NCBI GenBank assembly: GCA_965222075.1
Contig: OZ244937.1
Location: 3,456,001 to 3,520,000, forward strand
Direction of reading: 5' to 3'
Length of the DNA stretch: 64,000 nucleotides
Source of the DNA: Candidatus Latescibacterota bacterium
GTDB lineage: Bacteria; Latescibacterota; UBA2968; GCA-2709665
Under the pieces are notes generated by a model. It saw only the letters and a list, made by a program, of their open reading frames with translations, had not been told where the DNA came from and did not search any database. The translations under genes and the position numbers were made by a program. Shown piece after piece: positions 16,405-26,852 of this stretch (position 1 is the stretch's first letter; each line of letters begins with the position of its first letter).

Positions 16405-18753
16405 CTATTCATACCTCAAAGCATCTACTGGATTTGCAGTTGCGGCTTTGAACGCTTGGGAAGTAACTGTCAACAACACAATGACCAATGTTAAGAATCC
16501 TCCTAACACAAATACCTGTGGTCCAATATTTATACGATATGCAAAATCTTGAAGCCATCGGCTCATAGTGTAGTAGGCCATCGGCCAGCCGATTAGATTA
16601 GCCAGGACCACTAACTTCATGAAATCTTTCGAGAACAGCAGGACGATGTTGAAGACTGAAGCACCCAAGGCCTTCCTAATACCCACCTCTTTTGCACGTC
16701 GAGCCACCGCAAGGGCTGTCAACCCAAACGCGCCGAGAGAGGCGATAAAGATTGCAAAAAGGGAAGAATATCCTATAATTCGTCCCCATCGCTGGTCCGA
16801 CCTGTATAGTCTATCTACATGGTCATCTAAGAAAGAAAAGTCGAAAGGCAGATTCGGGATGACCTGATGCCACTTGCCTTTCAGAAGCTCAATGGTTGCC
16901 GGAATTTTGTCTGCACGAATCTTGACAAAGAGGTAAGATGGAGTCGATGTAAGAGAAAACATCAGGGGTTCGATTGGATGATGTAGGGATTGATAATGGA
17001 AATCCTTCACCACACCGATGATGGGTCGATCCTTAAATACGCCCTTCATATGTTCAGAGGCATCCAAACCAATTGTATTCATCCATGTCTCATTAACCAT
17101 TACCCCCTCGACACCGAATGCCTCTGAAAAACCCCTCCCTGAGACCAGTTCAATCCCCATAAATTCGAAGTAATTATAACCGACTTCGAACACCACAAAA
17201 CTTACTTTTCTATCCTTGTACATACCTGTATATCTGGCCAGCCCCCGGCCAAAGAGATCGGAGGCACCGAAAATCCCCAGGATATCCTCGTGGTGGGCCA
17301 ATCCATCCTTGAAAGCGTCTATAATCCGCGCCCTCTCCAGATTCCATAAGGGCATAACGAGGACATGCTCACTGTGAGACCCTAAGCTTTTCACCTTCAA
17401 ATAGTCGATCTGTTTAAACATAAGGAGGGTACTGATAATAAGAAATATGGACAAGGCATATTGAATAACCATAAGCGTCTGGCCCAAGAGGTCCCTCCCG
17501 CCGATCCGCAATGATCTTTTCAGTACGTCTACGGGTTGGAACCTCGATAAAAAAGCAGCCGGATACCCCCCGGCGGCCAGACTCACCAGGAACATCAGTC
17601 CGGCCAGGATTCCTAGAGCCCATCCATCCAGATGGAACTCAATCGGCGGTCTTTTCTGGACCAGATCATTGAACTTTGGCAGAAACAATTCGGCTATCCC
17701 AAATCCCAGCAACAGTGCTAGAAAACTCAGTATGAAGAATTCACCCCAAAACTGCACCACGATCTGAGTTCTTCTAGCGCCTATTACTTTGCGCACACCC
17801 ACTTCTTTGGCACGAGCCACAGACAGGCTAATGGATAAGTTCGCGAAATTGATGCAGGCGATCAATAGGACCAGGAGTGCAATCCCAGTCAGAACGTAGG
17901 AATAGACAGGGTTACTCACCGGCTCTGGACCATGGAGAACATGGTTTGCATAGTGAACGTCCGTAAGTCTCTGAAGATGCAACGTCCATCTGTCAGGGTT
18001 CCCCATGAATTTTTTCACTATTGATGGAAATTTCGCTTCAATCTCAGAGGACAGGGTCTTCTCCGCCAAGCGTACATAAACTGTATGGCCGCCGATATGC
18101 GACTTCCAACTGTGGATGTCCATCTCCAAAAGGTCTATCAGCCGTTCATATGGTAGCAGACAATCGAATCGAATGCTGGAGTTCTCCGGAATGCGATGGG
18201 CCACACCTGTCACAAGAAAATCGTAAAACTGGTTGCCCGAGCCAAGAATCGAAATCTGTTTACCCACCGGATTTGCGTTGCCAAAAAATCTCTTTGCCAC
18301 CTCCTCGCTCAGTACGACTGAACTCTTATCCCGAAGGGCCGTTCTTTCATCGCCCATCCTGAGCGGAAAGCTAAAAATATTGAAAAGGGACGCATCAGCA
18401 AAGAGAAGATCCTGCTCAAGCATCTTCTCCCCGACCATAATCCATTTCCTGCTTGTCTTCAGCCTGACCGTATGGGCTATTTCCGGGATATTCTCTGCTA
18501 ATATGGGTGCTAAAGGTGGATTCTGGATAACAAAAAGCCGTCGATCACCATCCGGCTCCTTCCAACCTATATAAAGCCGGTAAATAGAATTAACGTGCTT
18601 GTGGAAGGTATCGTAGGACCATTCGTGCCGAACATAGAGGAACGTCAGGATGCAGAAGGCAAACCCGATGGCCAGACCGGTGATGTTGATCAGGGAATAG
18701 GCTTTGTGTCTGAGTAAATTCCGAACCGCAACTGTCAAATAGTTCCTAAGCAC
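16405..18753 (-). CDS. ABC transporter permease, MacB/FtsX type with duplicated domains
   Basis: MLRNYLTVAVRNL..LLIACINFANL..RAKEVGVRKVIGA..ANPVDALRYE. Confidence 0.92.
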   Translation of the reverse strand: MLRNYLTVAVRNLLRHKAYSLINITGLAIGFAFCILTFLYVRHEWSYDTFHKHVNSIYRLYIGWKEPDGDRRLFVIQNPPLAPILAENIPEIAHTVRLKTSRKWIMVGEKMLEQDLLFADASLFNIFSFPLRMGDERTALRDKSSVVLSEEVAKRFFGNANPVGKQISILGSGNQFYDFLVTGVAHRIPENSSIRFDCLLPYERLIDLLEMDIHSWKSHIGGHTVYVRLAEKTLSSEIEAKFPSIVKKFMGNPDRWTLHLQRLTDVHYANHVLHGPEPVSNPVYSYVLTGIALLVLLIACINFANLSISLSVARAKEVGVRKVIGARRTQIVVQFWGEFFILSFLALLLGFGIAELFLPKFNDLVQKRPPIEFHLDGWALGILAGLMFLVSLAAGGYPAAFLSRFQPVDVLKRSLRIGGRDLLGQTLMVIQYALSIFLIISTLLMFKQIDYLKVKSLGSHSEHVLVMPLWNLERARIIDAFKDGLAHHEDILGIFGASDLFGRGLARYTGMYKDRKVSFVVFEVGYNYFEFMGIELVSGRGFSEAFGVEGVMVNETWMNTIGLDASEHMKGVFKDRPIIGVVKDFHYQSLHHPIEPLMFSLTSTPSYLFVKIRADKIPATIELLKGKWHQVIPNLPFDFSFLDDHVDRLYRSDQRWGRIIGYSSLFAIFIASLGAFGLTALAVARRAKEVGIRKALGASVFNIVLLFSKDFMKLVVLANLIGWPMAYYTMSRWLQDFAYRINIGPQVFVLGGFLTLVIVLLTVTSQAFKAATANPVDALRYE

Positions 18754-18871
18754 GGTGCCCCTCTCCGTTTATAAGTTTACGAATCAAGAATATCTTGAAA
18801 CATAGGAGCAATATGTGTGCTATAGTCACACTTATGCAGGTTTTCCAGGCGTTTAGCGAAAAGTACAAGAA

Positions 18872-18915
18872 ATACAACTCAAGAGAAGTGTTCGCTGGAG
18901 ATACATAGGTGTTCG
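18872..18915 (-). other. Candidate attI site
   Basis: Minus strand has CGAACAC twice, 21 bp apart, followed by GA-GTTGTAT; lies between the recombinase remnant and the array. Confidence 0.35.
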
Positions 18916-18925
18916 ATAATGGACG

Positions 18926-19018
18926 GTTATACAGGTAGCGCAGTTGGGACAGCAGCGCGTCAAGGTTCTTGTGAGCGCGCCGGGAGATGTAAGCCGTCTT
19001 TGTTATCGTCCTGGTCAT
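18926..19018 (-). pseudogene. Possible N-terminal remnant of TnpB (IS605 OrfB HTH)
   Basis: MTRTITKTAYISRRAHKNLDALLSQLRYLYN resembles the TnpB start (..L..L...R.LYN); local GC jump. Confidence 0.4.
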
Positions 19019-19149
19019 AAGATAAATATAACAAAATCAGGATGTTAAAGCAATAAATACTGCCGAAAATACGATCTCTCTTTTCTTGTTCCTTCAACCT
19101 GTTAGCCAAGTATGTAATTCCCTTTTTTAACTTCATCTCTGAGACCGGA

Positions 19150-19458
19150 TCAATGGAACAGAGGTTCCATTTTTGTATCAACCATCCGGTTTGTTGAGTT
19201 TATTCGGGGAATCCCCTTCCCTGGCGACTGACCCGTCCTGGTCTTCAGAGGCCAGCGGTTTGTTGTCGCCGGCTGTTTTCCTTCATCGATCAGGTAGAGC
19301 AGGTGCCCTCGGATCTCTTCGCCTGTGACATCCTTTAAATTCTGACGTACGAGCCGAATAAATTGTTGCAAATGACGCAGATAGGTTCTGCGGGAACCCG
19401 GCGCCAGCTCCGCCTGCTCTTTGACACTCCCACGGATAAATCCATGGGATTCTCTCAC
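19150..19458 (-). pseudogene. Truncated tyrosine recombinase/integron-integrase, N-terminal SAM-like domain only
   Basis: SRRTYLRHLQQFIR..LKDVTGEEIRGHLLYLIDEGKQPATTN fits Phage_int_SAM_4; no catalytic domain follows. Confidence 0.72.
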
Positions 19459-19580
19459 CCCTCCGAGTTACATGCGAAGTGAGGGTGGTATCTCCAACCT
19501 CACAAAGGGAGTGCCATAACCCCAACTACAGGACGCTCTTCGGATACTTTTTCCGAATATTGATCGCACCTGCGGCATCT

Positions 19581-20567
19581 CTATGAGCCTGAACCCCGCT
19601 CCCGGATGAGCTTCCAGGCGTCGGGAAACATGTTGTTGCCCGCGACCATCCACAGGGCGTCGTCGTAGACAAATACGCTGGCGGCGTGTCGGGGCGCCCA
19701 GCGGGTGTCCGGCAGTTCGCGCCAATCGATGCCGTCTGAAGAGTACCACACATCGGCGCGATTGCCGCTTATCCGGTCGCATCCCTCCAGCACCCACATT
19801 TTGTCGTCAAAGGCGGCTACCTCGTGGTACTGGCGCGGGGCCCAGGGGGCGGACGCCAGGTGCTGCTGCCAGTTGACGCCGTCCGCCGAGCTCCACACGT
19901 CGTTGTAATACTTCCTGTCGGGCGTGGTGGGCGTATCGTAGGTGCCTCCGCCCAGTATCCACATCCGGTTCTCAAATACAACGCTGCCACCGATCATACC
20001 CCGGGGCGGCCAGGGGGCTTTTTCGGTTACCCGCGTCCAGGTCACACCGTCGGAAGAGTTCCAGACATCGCTGTAGAACACCTCGGTAGCCGGTGCGAAT
20101 TGCAGGATGGTCTGCCCTCCCATGATCCAGATTTTGTTGTCGAAGACGAGGGTGTAGTGAAGGACGCGGGGGCCCCAGGGCACGTTGTCGTTGACGAGGT
20201 CCCAGTGGATTCCGTCGGAACTGCTCCACACGTCATTCTGGTAGTGGCCCTGGTTGGCGTCTCCCCCCACAATCCACATTCTGTCGTTGTGCACGGCATA
20301 TCCGGCCGTGTGCCTTCCTTCCCAGGGCGCCTGAACGGTCTCCAGCGTCCATGAAGCTCCGTCGCCGGAAGACCATACTTCGCTGTTGCAGATGTGGGGG
20401 AAATGGACTTTGTCGTCAGGATTCCAGCCGCCCAGTAGCCACATTCTGTCTTTGAAGACCAGCGCACCGGCGCCGTCGCGGCCGGCGAAAGCGGCGTTTT
20501 CGGTGATGCAACACCACTGATAGTCGGGCGATTCCTGAGAAGGCCCTGCAGCGAAACCATCTCCCAT
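19581..20567 (-). CDS. Kelch/galactose-oxidase-like beta-propeller protein
   Basis: Repeats of MW(I/L)GG...NDVWSSxDGxxW...APWxxR; AGGAGG RBS before ATG 20567. Confidence 0.85.
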   Translation of the reverse strand: MGDGFAAGPSQESPDYQWCCITENAAFAGRDGAGALVFKDRMWLLGGWNPDDKVHFPHICNSEVWSSGDGASWTLETVQAPWEGRHTAGYAVHNDRMWIVGGDANQGHYQNDVWSSSDGIHWDLVNDNVPWGPRVLHYTLVFDNKIWIMGGQTILQFAPATEVFYSDVWNSSDGVTWTRVTEKAPWPPRGMIGGSVVFENRMWILGGGTYDTPTTPDRKYYNDVWSSADGVNWQQHLASAPWAPRQYHEVAAFDDKMWVLEGCDRISGNRADVWYSSDGIDWRELPDTRWAPRHAASVFVYDDALWMVAGNNMFPDAWKLIRERGSGS

Positions 20568-20825
20568 GGGTTGTCCTCCTATACCTTGCTTTCGCAGGTG
20601 CTCGATACAAAAGACGGCTGCCTCTTTCAACGTTGTATTGCGGCACAGCTTTACCGATTTGTCGGGTTAAACCCCAGGCGGATCTCTATATGGGTTCTCC
20701 TTCCACAAATAGTGTGCGTTTCCTACGATTTTTCACCTTGTCAAATGTACATGATTGTGGGGCGCTCCTGCAAGCAGAGATGCGCCTGCCCTTCTTCCAA
20801 CGAGAGATGCTCCGTCCAATTGCAC

Positions 20826-20854
20826 TTGACTTCGGTATGTCCACCTCCTATCTT
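20826..20854 (+). promoter_or_regulatory. Putative sigma70 promoter
   Basis: TTGACT-N17-TATCTT upstream of the operon starting at 20914. Confidence 0.5.
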
Positions 20855-20913
20855 GCCCCCTGGAAGATATTCTGTTACTTGGGCCGATTGTTTTTTGTGA
20901 GAGGATCAGGCAG

Positions 20914-22179
20914 ATGGCGGATAAACCGAGTTTTCGCAAGCCAGCGCCGGAAGGGGTGGTCGAGCAGGCCGGCATCGGTACCGGTTCAAGCAATGGGATG
21001 GTGGCGTTAGACGACGGCTCCCTGATGATGGTTGCGGGGAGCCGCTGCCATATCTCGACCGACGGCGGACAGACCTGGGGCAAGCCGCGGCCGCTGAACT
21101 GCGAGGCGATGGGAAGTCCGTCCAACCTGTCGTGCATAAAGCTGCAGTCGGGCAAGCTGGCGCTGGCGCACCGGGGCAGGGAGGAGGCGGGACAGGGGAC
21201 GGAGATGTTCAACTGGAATCCCTTTTATCTGTCGGTGTCTGAAGACGGCGGCCAGACCTGGGCGGGCGCGTGGCCGATGAAGCTGCTGGGCGGGCCGTAC
21301 CACGATGCGATGATTCAGCTGTCGAGCGGGCGGCTGCTGATGCCCAGCCGGATTTGCCACAGCAACAACCGGCACCCGGGTTTAGAATACGATCGGGTGA
21401 GCAGTTTCGGGACCTGGAAGGGGATGAGGTTGCAGGTGAGCGGGCACTATCACTATCCGGAGGTGGATATCGCCGCGGTGAGTTATTCGGACGACGAAGG
21501 ACGGAACTGGCAGCAGTGCCAGGGGCAGTTGATGGGCTGGTTCGACGCGGAGGGCATTCCCAACGGGCGTGGAGGGATCACGGCGGTGGATGAACCAGGT
21601 GTGGCCGAATGCGTGGACGGGCGGGTGATGCTGCTGGCGCGGTCTACGGTGGGGCGGCTGGTGCAGAGCGCCAGCGAAGACGGCGGGGAGACCTGGACGC
21701 CGATTTTGCCCACCGATCTGGCCAGTTCGTATTCGCCGCCGAGGCTGCGGCGGATTCCGAGCACGGGCGATTTACTGTGTGTGTGGAACCAGGTGTCGCG
21801 GGATGAGATCAAACGGGGCTACCGGCGGGGGCGGCTGTCGGCGGCGATTTCGAAGGATAGTGGAGCGAGTTGGGAGCGGTTCAGGACGATCGAGGTGAGC
21901 GACGGTATGGAGGACGTGGAGCGGGTGGTGCCTCAGGAGCCGATTACGCCGGTGGTCGGGCTACCCGAAGTGGGCACGCTGCCGGAGGGTTTCGCTACCT
22001 TCGATTACCCCAATGTGTGGTTTGCGGGCGATAAGGTGTACCTGACCTACCACCGGAGCTGGATCGAAGCGGACGAGGACGCCCGGGAAGCGGTGACGCT
22101 GGGGGAACGGAAGGGGAAGGCGAGGAAGCCGGGCGAGATGGTGCTGCGCATTTATTCGCTGGCGGAGTTTTACCGCTGA
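20914..22179 (+). CDS. Sialidase-like BNR/Asp-box protein
   Basis: Five SxDxGxxW Asp boxes; C-terminal DYP. Confidence 0.85.
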   Translation: MADKPSFRKPAPEGVVEQAGIGTGSSNGMVALDDGSLMMVAGSRCHISTDGGQTWGKPRPLNCEAMGSPSNLSCIKLQSGKLALAHRGREEAGQGTEMFNWNPFYLSVSEDGGQTWAGAWPMKLLGGPYHDAMIQLSSGRLLMPSRICHSNNRHPGLEYDRVSSFGTWKGMRLQVSGHYHYPEVDIAAVSYSDDEGRNWQQCQGQLMGWFDAEGIPNGRGGITAVDEPGVAECVDGRVMLLARSTVGRLVQSASEDGGETWTPILPTDLASSYSPPRLRRIPSTGDLLCVWNQVSRDEIKRGYRRGRLSAAISKDSGASWERFRTIEVSDGMEDVERVVPQEPITPVVGLPEVGTLPEGFATFDYPNVWFAGDKVYLTYHRSWIEADEDAREAVTLGERKGKARKPGEMVLRIYSLAEFYR

Positions 22180-22190
22180 GGAGCCGAACG

Positions 22191-23102
22191 ATGGACCGGG
22201 ACGAAGTTCGAGCGCATCTGACAGGCCCCATTTCTTCGATTGCGACGCCGTTTAACGAAGACGGCAGCGTGGACTACGACGGGCTACGGAACCAGATCGA
22301 CTTTGTGCTGTCCGCCGGGAGCAGGACGGCGTTGCTGACGGTTGGGGACAGCCACTATACCTGCCTTTCGGAGCAGGAGATTGCCCAGGTGACGCGGGTA
22401 ACCTGCGAGCACACGGCCGGGCGGGGGATGGTTGTGGCGGCGGATCGGTGGCACAGTACGGCGCGGTCGATTGAATTTGCCGGGTTCGCCAGAGGGCTGG
22501 GCGCGGATGTGCTGATGGTGCTTCCGCCGAACTGGGGGCCGTCCTGTACGCCGGAGACGATTGCCGAGCACTACGGGGCGGTGGCGCAACAGATGCCGGT
22601 GATGATCGTGACCGGGGTGTTCGTTGCCCAGGGGGCGGAGTTCGGGCTGGAGGCGATTGAACGGACGCTGGATCAGTATGAGAATGTAGTGGCGATCAAG
22701 GACGATATGTGCGGGGATTTCGCGCGGCGGCTGTGCCTGCTGGCCCACGAGCGGGTTGCGGTTTTTGCGGGAGGGCAGAAGGTGAACCATATAAATATGT
22801 GGCCCTATGGGTGCGACGGGTATATGTCCACGTATATTGCGCTCAAGCCGGAGATCGCCCACGATTACTGGAGCGCGATCCAGGCGGTGGACCTGGAGGC
22901 CGTGCGGGGGATTATCCGGGACTACGACATGCCGTTTTTCGACACGATAATGAAGCTGACGGGCGGGTGGAATGCGGGGGTACACGGGGCGATGGAGGTG
23001 TTCGGAGTTGCGAAGCGGTGGCGGCGGAAGCCGTATTATTCGTTGAATGACGAGGAGATGGAGGGGCTGGCGGGGTTTTTCAGTGGGAAAGGGATACTAT
23101 GA
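22191..23102 (+). CDS. Dihydrodipicolinate synthase (DapA/NAL) family aldolase
   Basis: TPFNEDGSVDYDGLR, NVVAIKDD Schiff-base Lys. Confidence 0.85.
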   Translation: MDRDEVRAHLTGPISSIATPFNEDGSVDYDGLRNQIDFVLSAGSRTALLTVGDSHYTCLSEQEIAQVTRVTCEHTAGRGMVVAADRWHSTARSIEFAGFARGLGADVLMVLPPNWGPSCTPETIAEHYGAVAQQMPVMIVTGVFVAQGAEFGLEAIERTLDQYENVVAIKDDMCGDFARRLCLLAHERVAVFAGGQKVNHINMWPYGCDGYMSTYIALKPEIAHDYWSAIQAVDLEAVRGIIRDYDMPFFDTIMKLTGGWNAGVHGAMEVFGVAKRWRRKPYYSLNDEEMEGLAGFFSGKGIL

Positions 23103-23145
23103 ATCGTCCGCTGCTGGAGATCCTGATGGGGAGGGGTCAGGTGAT

Positions 23146-23406
23146 ATGTCCGACAGATTCGACGTGATCGTGGTGGGCGGGGGCGCGATGGGGCTTTCGG
23201 CGGCCTATTCCTGCGCCAGGACGGGAAAGCGGGTGCTGGTTCTGGAGCAGTTCAGGTTTTTCAACGAACGGGGCAGTTCCAAGGGGCTGTCCCGGTTTTT
23301 TCGGATTGTGTATTCAGATGCGCTGCTGTGCCTTCTGGCGCGGTCGGCGTATCCGCTGTGGCAGGAGCTGGAAAGGGAGTCGGGCGAGACGCTGATTGCG
23401 AAATAA
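23146..23406 (+). pseudogene. Truncated FAD-dependent oxidoreductase (sarcosine oxidase/SolA-like N-terminus)
   Basis: DVIVVGGGAMG..VLEQF..GSSKGLSR; ends after 86 aa. Confidence 0.8.
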
Positions 23407-23452
23407 AAGCCTTTCAACCCGAAATCCGCACATTTGCAGGGGGGTATAAGCC

Positions 23453-24217
23453 ATGCGAATTGATCCGATTGAGATGACGGTTCAAAGCAGGGAGGGGTCC
23501 GGGAGGCGGTCGTTTTCTGTCGGTTCTGTGTGCGGGACCAGGTATTCCTCCCGCGATGTGGAGGGAATGCGCAGGCAGCTGGACGAGATGCTGGAACGGG
23601 ACGGGCATTTTACGAGTGGAACGCGGACCAATCCGTCCATTTACCACATCGGGCGCTATTTGCTGACGCAAGCGTCGACGTTCGAAGTTCAGGGGCCGCT
23701 GACGGGAGGGGAGGCGGAGGCTGTGGCGATCCGAGAGGGGGAGGAGGTGTTCGTTTCGGTGGGCAGCGATCAGTGTGATCGCGAACTGGACCCGCTGTTC
23801 CCGGATAAGCCGAAGCAGATGTGCCCGCATCCGATCGCATCAACGGCGTGGCCTTACAGCGAGATCCGGGACCACTGGGACGACCTGCGGATTTACAGCC
23901 AGGTGGTGGTTGGGGGGCACACGGTGCCGCTGCAGGACAGTGCGCTGTCTGCGCTGGTCAATCTTGAGTTTCTGCTGGGGATGGATGCGGTGAAGAGGCT
24001 GGCCGATCCGATGGTTTTATTCTGCGGGGCCTCGCCGGTTCTGAATTCCGCTGCCGAGACGGTGAAGGAGCACGGTCTGCCGGAAGAGACGGTCAAGGGG
24101 GTCGGGGAGGCGTTTACCATGCGGCTGCACGATCCCGTGCTCGATCGGACGATTGAACACCGGTACCGCGCCCTGCCGCTTGGGGATGACCTGGCCGAGC
24201 GACGTGACGTGGGATGA
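23453..24217 (+). CDS. DUF2848-like protein (FAH-fold related)
   Basis: TGGEAE..VSVGSDQCDRELD..KQMCPHP..HWDDL..LHDPVLDRTIEHRY. Confidence 0.7.
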   Translation: MRIDPIEMTVQSREGSGRRSFSVGSVCGTRYSSRDVEGMRRQLDEMLERDGHFTSGTRTNPSIYHIGRYLLTQASTFEVQGPLTGGEAEAVAIREGEEVFVSVGSDQCDRELDPLFPDKPKQMCPHPIASTAWPYSEIRDHWDDLRIYSQVVVGGHTVPLQDSALSALVNLEFLLGMDAVKRLADPMVLFCGASPVLNSAAETVKEHGLPEETVKGVGEAFTMRLHDPVLDRTIEHRYRALPLGDDLAERRDVG

Positions 24218-24311
24218 GAGGTCAGGACCGATCTCCGACTTGCGTTTACAGACCAGCAGTTCGCGGAGCCACGGGGACGGGCTGAGATATTTTAGAAGAG
24301 GTGAGCGCGGG

Positions 24312-25643
24312 ATGACGATCAACCCTGTTGTCGATGTCGAAGAGGAGATCTATTCGTTCGAGCCGGCGAACAACGGCGCCGGGCCGCTATGGTGTCACGG
24401 GTCGACGATTGTCATCCGCACCGGGGAGGATGTGTATGTGACGACGCTGGAGACGCTGCCGGATGAAGCGCCGCTGAACAACTGCCGCTGGGTACTCTAT
24501 GCGCGTGGGGCCAACGGCTGGCGGGTTGTACACCAAGATGAGACCGGCCGCACGCGGGAACCCTGTCCGATCGCCGCGCTATACAACGGTGCCCTCCTGG
24601 TTACCGACAATCCGACCCTCACGGAGTCTGGACAGGAGAGGGGTCCTGCACAGCCGGTGGTGTTTCGCTTCAACACGAAGGACATCCAGGCCGGGTGTAC
24701 ACGGGAACTGCCCGTGTGGAAGGGGGAGCCGGGGTTTACCGAGCACTCTTATCGCACGGTGACGGCCGACGGGGAGAAGAACGAGGTGCTTTACATGCAG
24801 AATGTGGGTATGGACGTGTCGCACATGTCGCTGCTGGGACGCGACGGCGTGTGGGTGGGGGTGGGCACGCTCGCCTGGCCGTGGGGGAGCGAGTATCCGG
24901 TCCCCCAGCCGCTTCGCCTCTGTTATCCCAACGTTGTGATGCGAGACCGGGAGGCGCATTTTTTCGGTGTCGGAGATATTGTCGAGCCGATCGAGGCCTG
25001 GAGGAAGACCAAGTTTGAGATCACCGGGCGCCATTGGGACTACGTTTTCCGGCGGTTGTTCTACGCGTATACACCGGATGTGGCCCGGGAGCCTTTCTGT
25101 GAATGGATCGAAGTGGCCAACCGGGATGCCACGGCCGGGACGATGCGCAACAACGACATCTGGCTGGCTCCGGACGGTGCCGCGCATTTGATCTGGAGTG
25201 AGACGACTGTGGACGAACGCCTTCGGGACCGGTTCTTTCCGGATGAGACGGTCGCGCATTCGTTTGAATATGCAGCGGTCCACAACGGGGAGGTCCAGGC
25301 GCGGCGGACCCTTGCCAGGGTCACAGAGGACGCGCCGGGCGACCGGCCGCACCTGACGCGGTTTCAGGTTATGGAGAATGGGACGCCGGTCCTGCTGGCG
25401 TCGTTTGTGTGCGACGCGCCATCGGCGCCAACTCACGTCTATCGGCTGGCTGCGATGTTTCCCGACGGGAGCCTGTCGGACTGGGTGGATGTGCCGTTTG
25501 AAGATCCGATTGCCGGGACGTTTCTCACCAGTACCGTGCGCGGAGGGTCACGGCCCGCCTCTACGATCGATGTGGTCGGGATGGCCGCCGGGGCGCCGCA
25601 GACTCTGCGTTACGCGCGGGTTCGCCTCGATGAAGGGGGCTGA
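24312..25643 (+). CDS. Conserved hypothetical protein
   Basis: Long ORF with host codon bias and GAGGTG RBS. Confidence 0.75.
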   Translation: MTINPVVDVEEEIYSFEPANNGAGPLWCHGSTIVIRTGEDVYVTTLETLPDEAPLNNCRWVLYARGANGWRVVHQDETGRTREPCPIAALYNGALLVTDNPTLTESGQERGPAQPVVFRFNTKDIQAGCTRELPVWKGEPGFTEHSYRTVTADGEKNEVLYMQNVGMDVSHMSLLGRDGVWVGVGTLAWPWGSEYPVPQPLRLCYPNVVMRDREAHFFGVGDIVEPIEAWRKTKFEITGRHWDYVFRRLFYAYTPDVAREPFCEWIEVANRDATAGTMRNNDIWLAPDGAAHLIWSETTVDERLRDRFFPDETVAHSFEYAAVHNGEVQARRTLARVTEDAPGDRPHLTRFQVMENGTPVLLASFVCDAPSAPTHVYRLAAMFPDGSLSDWVDVPFEDPIAGTFLTSTVRGGSRPASTIDVVGMAAGAPQTLRYARVRLDEGG

Positions 25644-25655
25644 AGAGGAGTCGCT

Positions 25656-26852
25656 ATGCGAGAGCCGAAGAGGTGCACATTGCGGTCATTCATCCTTTCC
25701 GCACTCATTCTGGCTACGGTCAGCTGCAGCGTTTCCGCGCAAGAATATCGCATCGGCTGGCGAACCGATGGTAGCGGACGGTATCTGGAGGCCGACCCGC
25801 CAATCAAGTGGTCACCGGGTGAGAGCGTGGCGTGGAAGACGGCGATGCCGTCGTGGTCGAATGCGTCGCCGGTGCTGTGGACCGGTTCGCTGATGATCGT
25901 GTGCAGCGAGCCGGACCAGGTTCTGGGGGTTGATCCACACAAGGGGAGCATCGTGTGGAAGCAGTCGCTGGGCGACGTAAGTCCCACAGATAAGGTTAAG
26001 ACGCATGGGTCCAACGGATACACGTCCCAAACGCCGGTGGCCGATAGCCAGCGCATCTACACATTGTTCGGATCGGGTGTGGTGGCGGCGCACACGCTGG
26101 AGGGCAAGCGTGTGTGGGCGCGCGTGGTGGAGCGACCTCAGCACGGGTGGGGGCACAGCGCGTCGCCGACACTGGGCGGTGGGCGGCTGATCGTGCATAT
26201 TACCGACCTCATCGCGCTGGATCCGGCGACCGGCAAGGAGGTGTGGAGGCGACCTGCGAAAGAGAAGTTCGGCTCCCCGGTGGTCACGCGGATCAGCGGT
26301 GAGGAGATCGTGATCACGCCGGCAGGTGACGTGTTTCGCGCGGTGGACGGGAAGCCTCTGGCCCGGGGAATCGGGAAGCTGGAATACGCAACGCCCGTGG
26401 TTCAAGAAGGTGTGGTGTACTTCATTGAGAAGAAGGCGACGGCGGTCAAACTGCCCGAGAAGATCAACGGCGCATTCGAAACCGTGTGGACCACACGTGT
26501 GAAGGGGTCGCGGCACTATTCGTCGCCGGTGATTCACAACGGCTTGATTTACGCCATTTCGCGTGAGGAGAAGTTCTCGATCCTGGACGCGAAGACGGGC
26601 AAGCTGGTTTTTGAGAAGGACCTGTATCTTGGCGAGGGGACGAACAGCGCGTACACGTCCATCACGCTGGCTGGCGATAAGCTGTTCGTCGGCGCCGAGA
26701 GCGGTACGACGGTAGTCATCGAACCAGGCGGGACCTACAAGGAGATCGCGCGAAATGTGGTGGAAGGGTTCCGTTCCTCGCCCGTATTCGTCGGAAACCG
26801 GATGTATCTGCGCGCCTTCGACCACCTCTATTGCTTCGAGAAGAAGAGGTGA
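25656..26852 (+). CDS. PQQ-like/BamB-type beta-propeller protein with signal peptide
   Basis: GWRTDGSG, repeated SP/TP + ALDxxTGKxVW motifs. Confidence 0.85.
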   Translation: MREPKRCTLRSFILSALILATVSCSVSAQEYRIGWRTDGSGRYLEADPPIKWSPGESVAWKTAMPSWSNASPVLWTGSLMIVCSEPDQVLGVDPHKGSIVWKQSLGDVSPTDKVKTHGSNGYTSQTPVADSQRIYTLFGSGVVAAHTLEGKRVWARVVERPQHGWGHSASPTLGGGRLIVHITDLIALDPATGKEVWRRPAKEKFGSPVVTRISGEEIVITPAGDVFRAVDGKPLARGIGKLEYATPVVQEGVVYFIEKKATAVKLPEKINGAFETVWTTRVKGSRHYSSPVIHNGLIYAISREEKFSILDAKTGKLVFEKDLYLGEGTNSAYTSITLAGDKLFVGAESGTTVVIEPGGTYKEIARNVVEGFRSSPVFVGNRMYLRAFDHLYCFEKKR

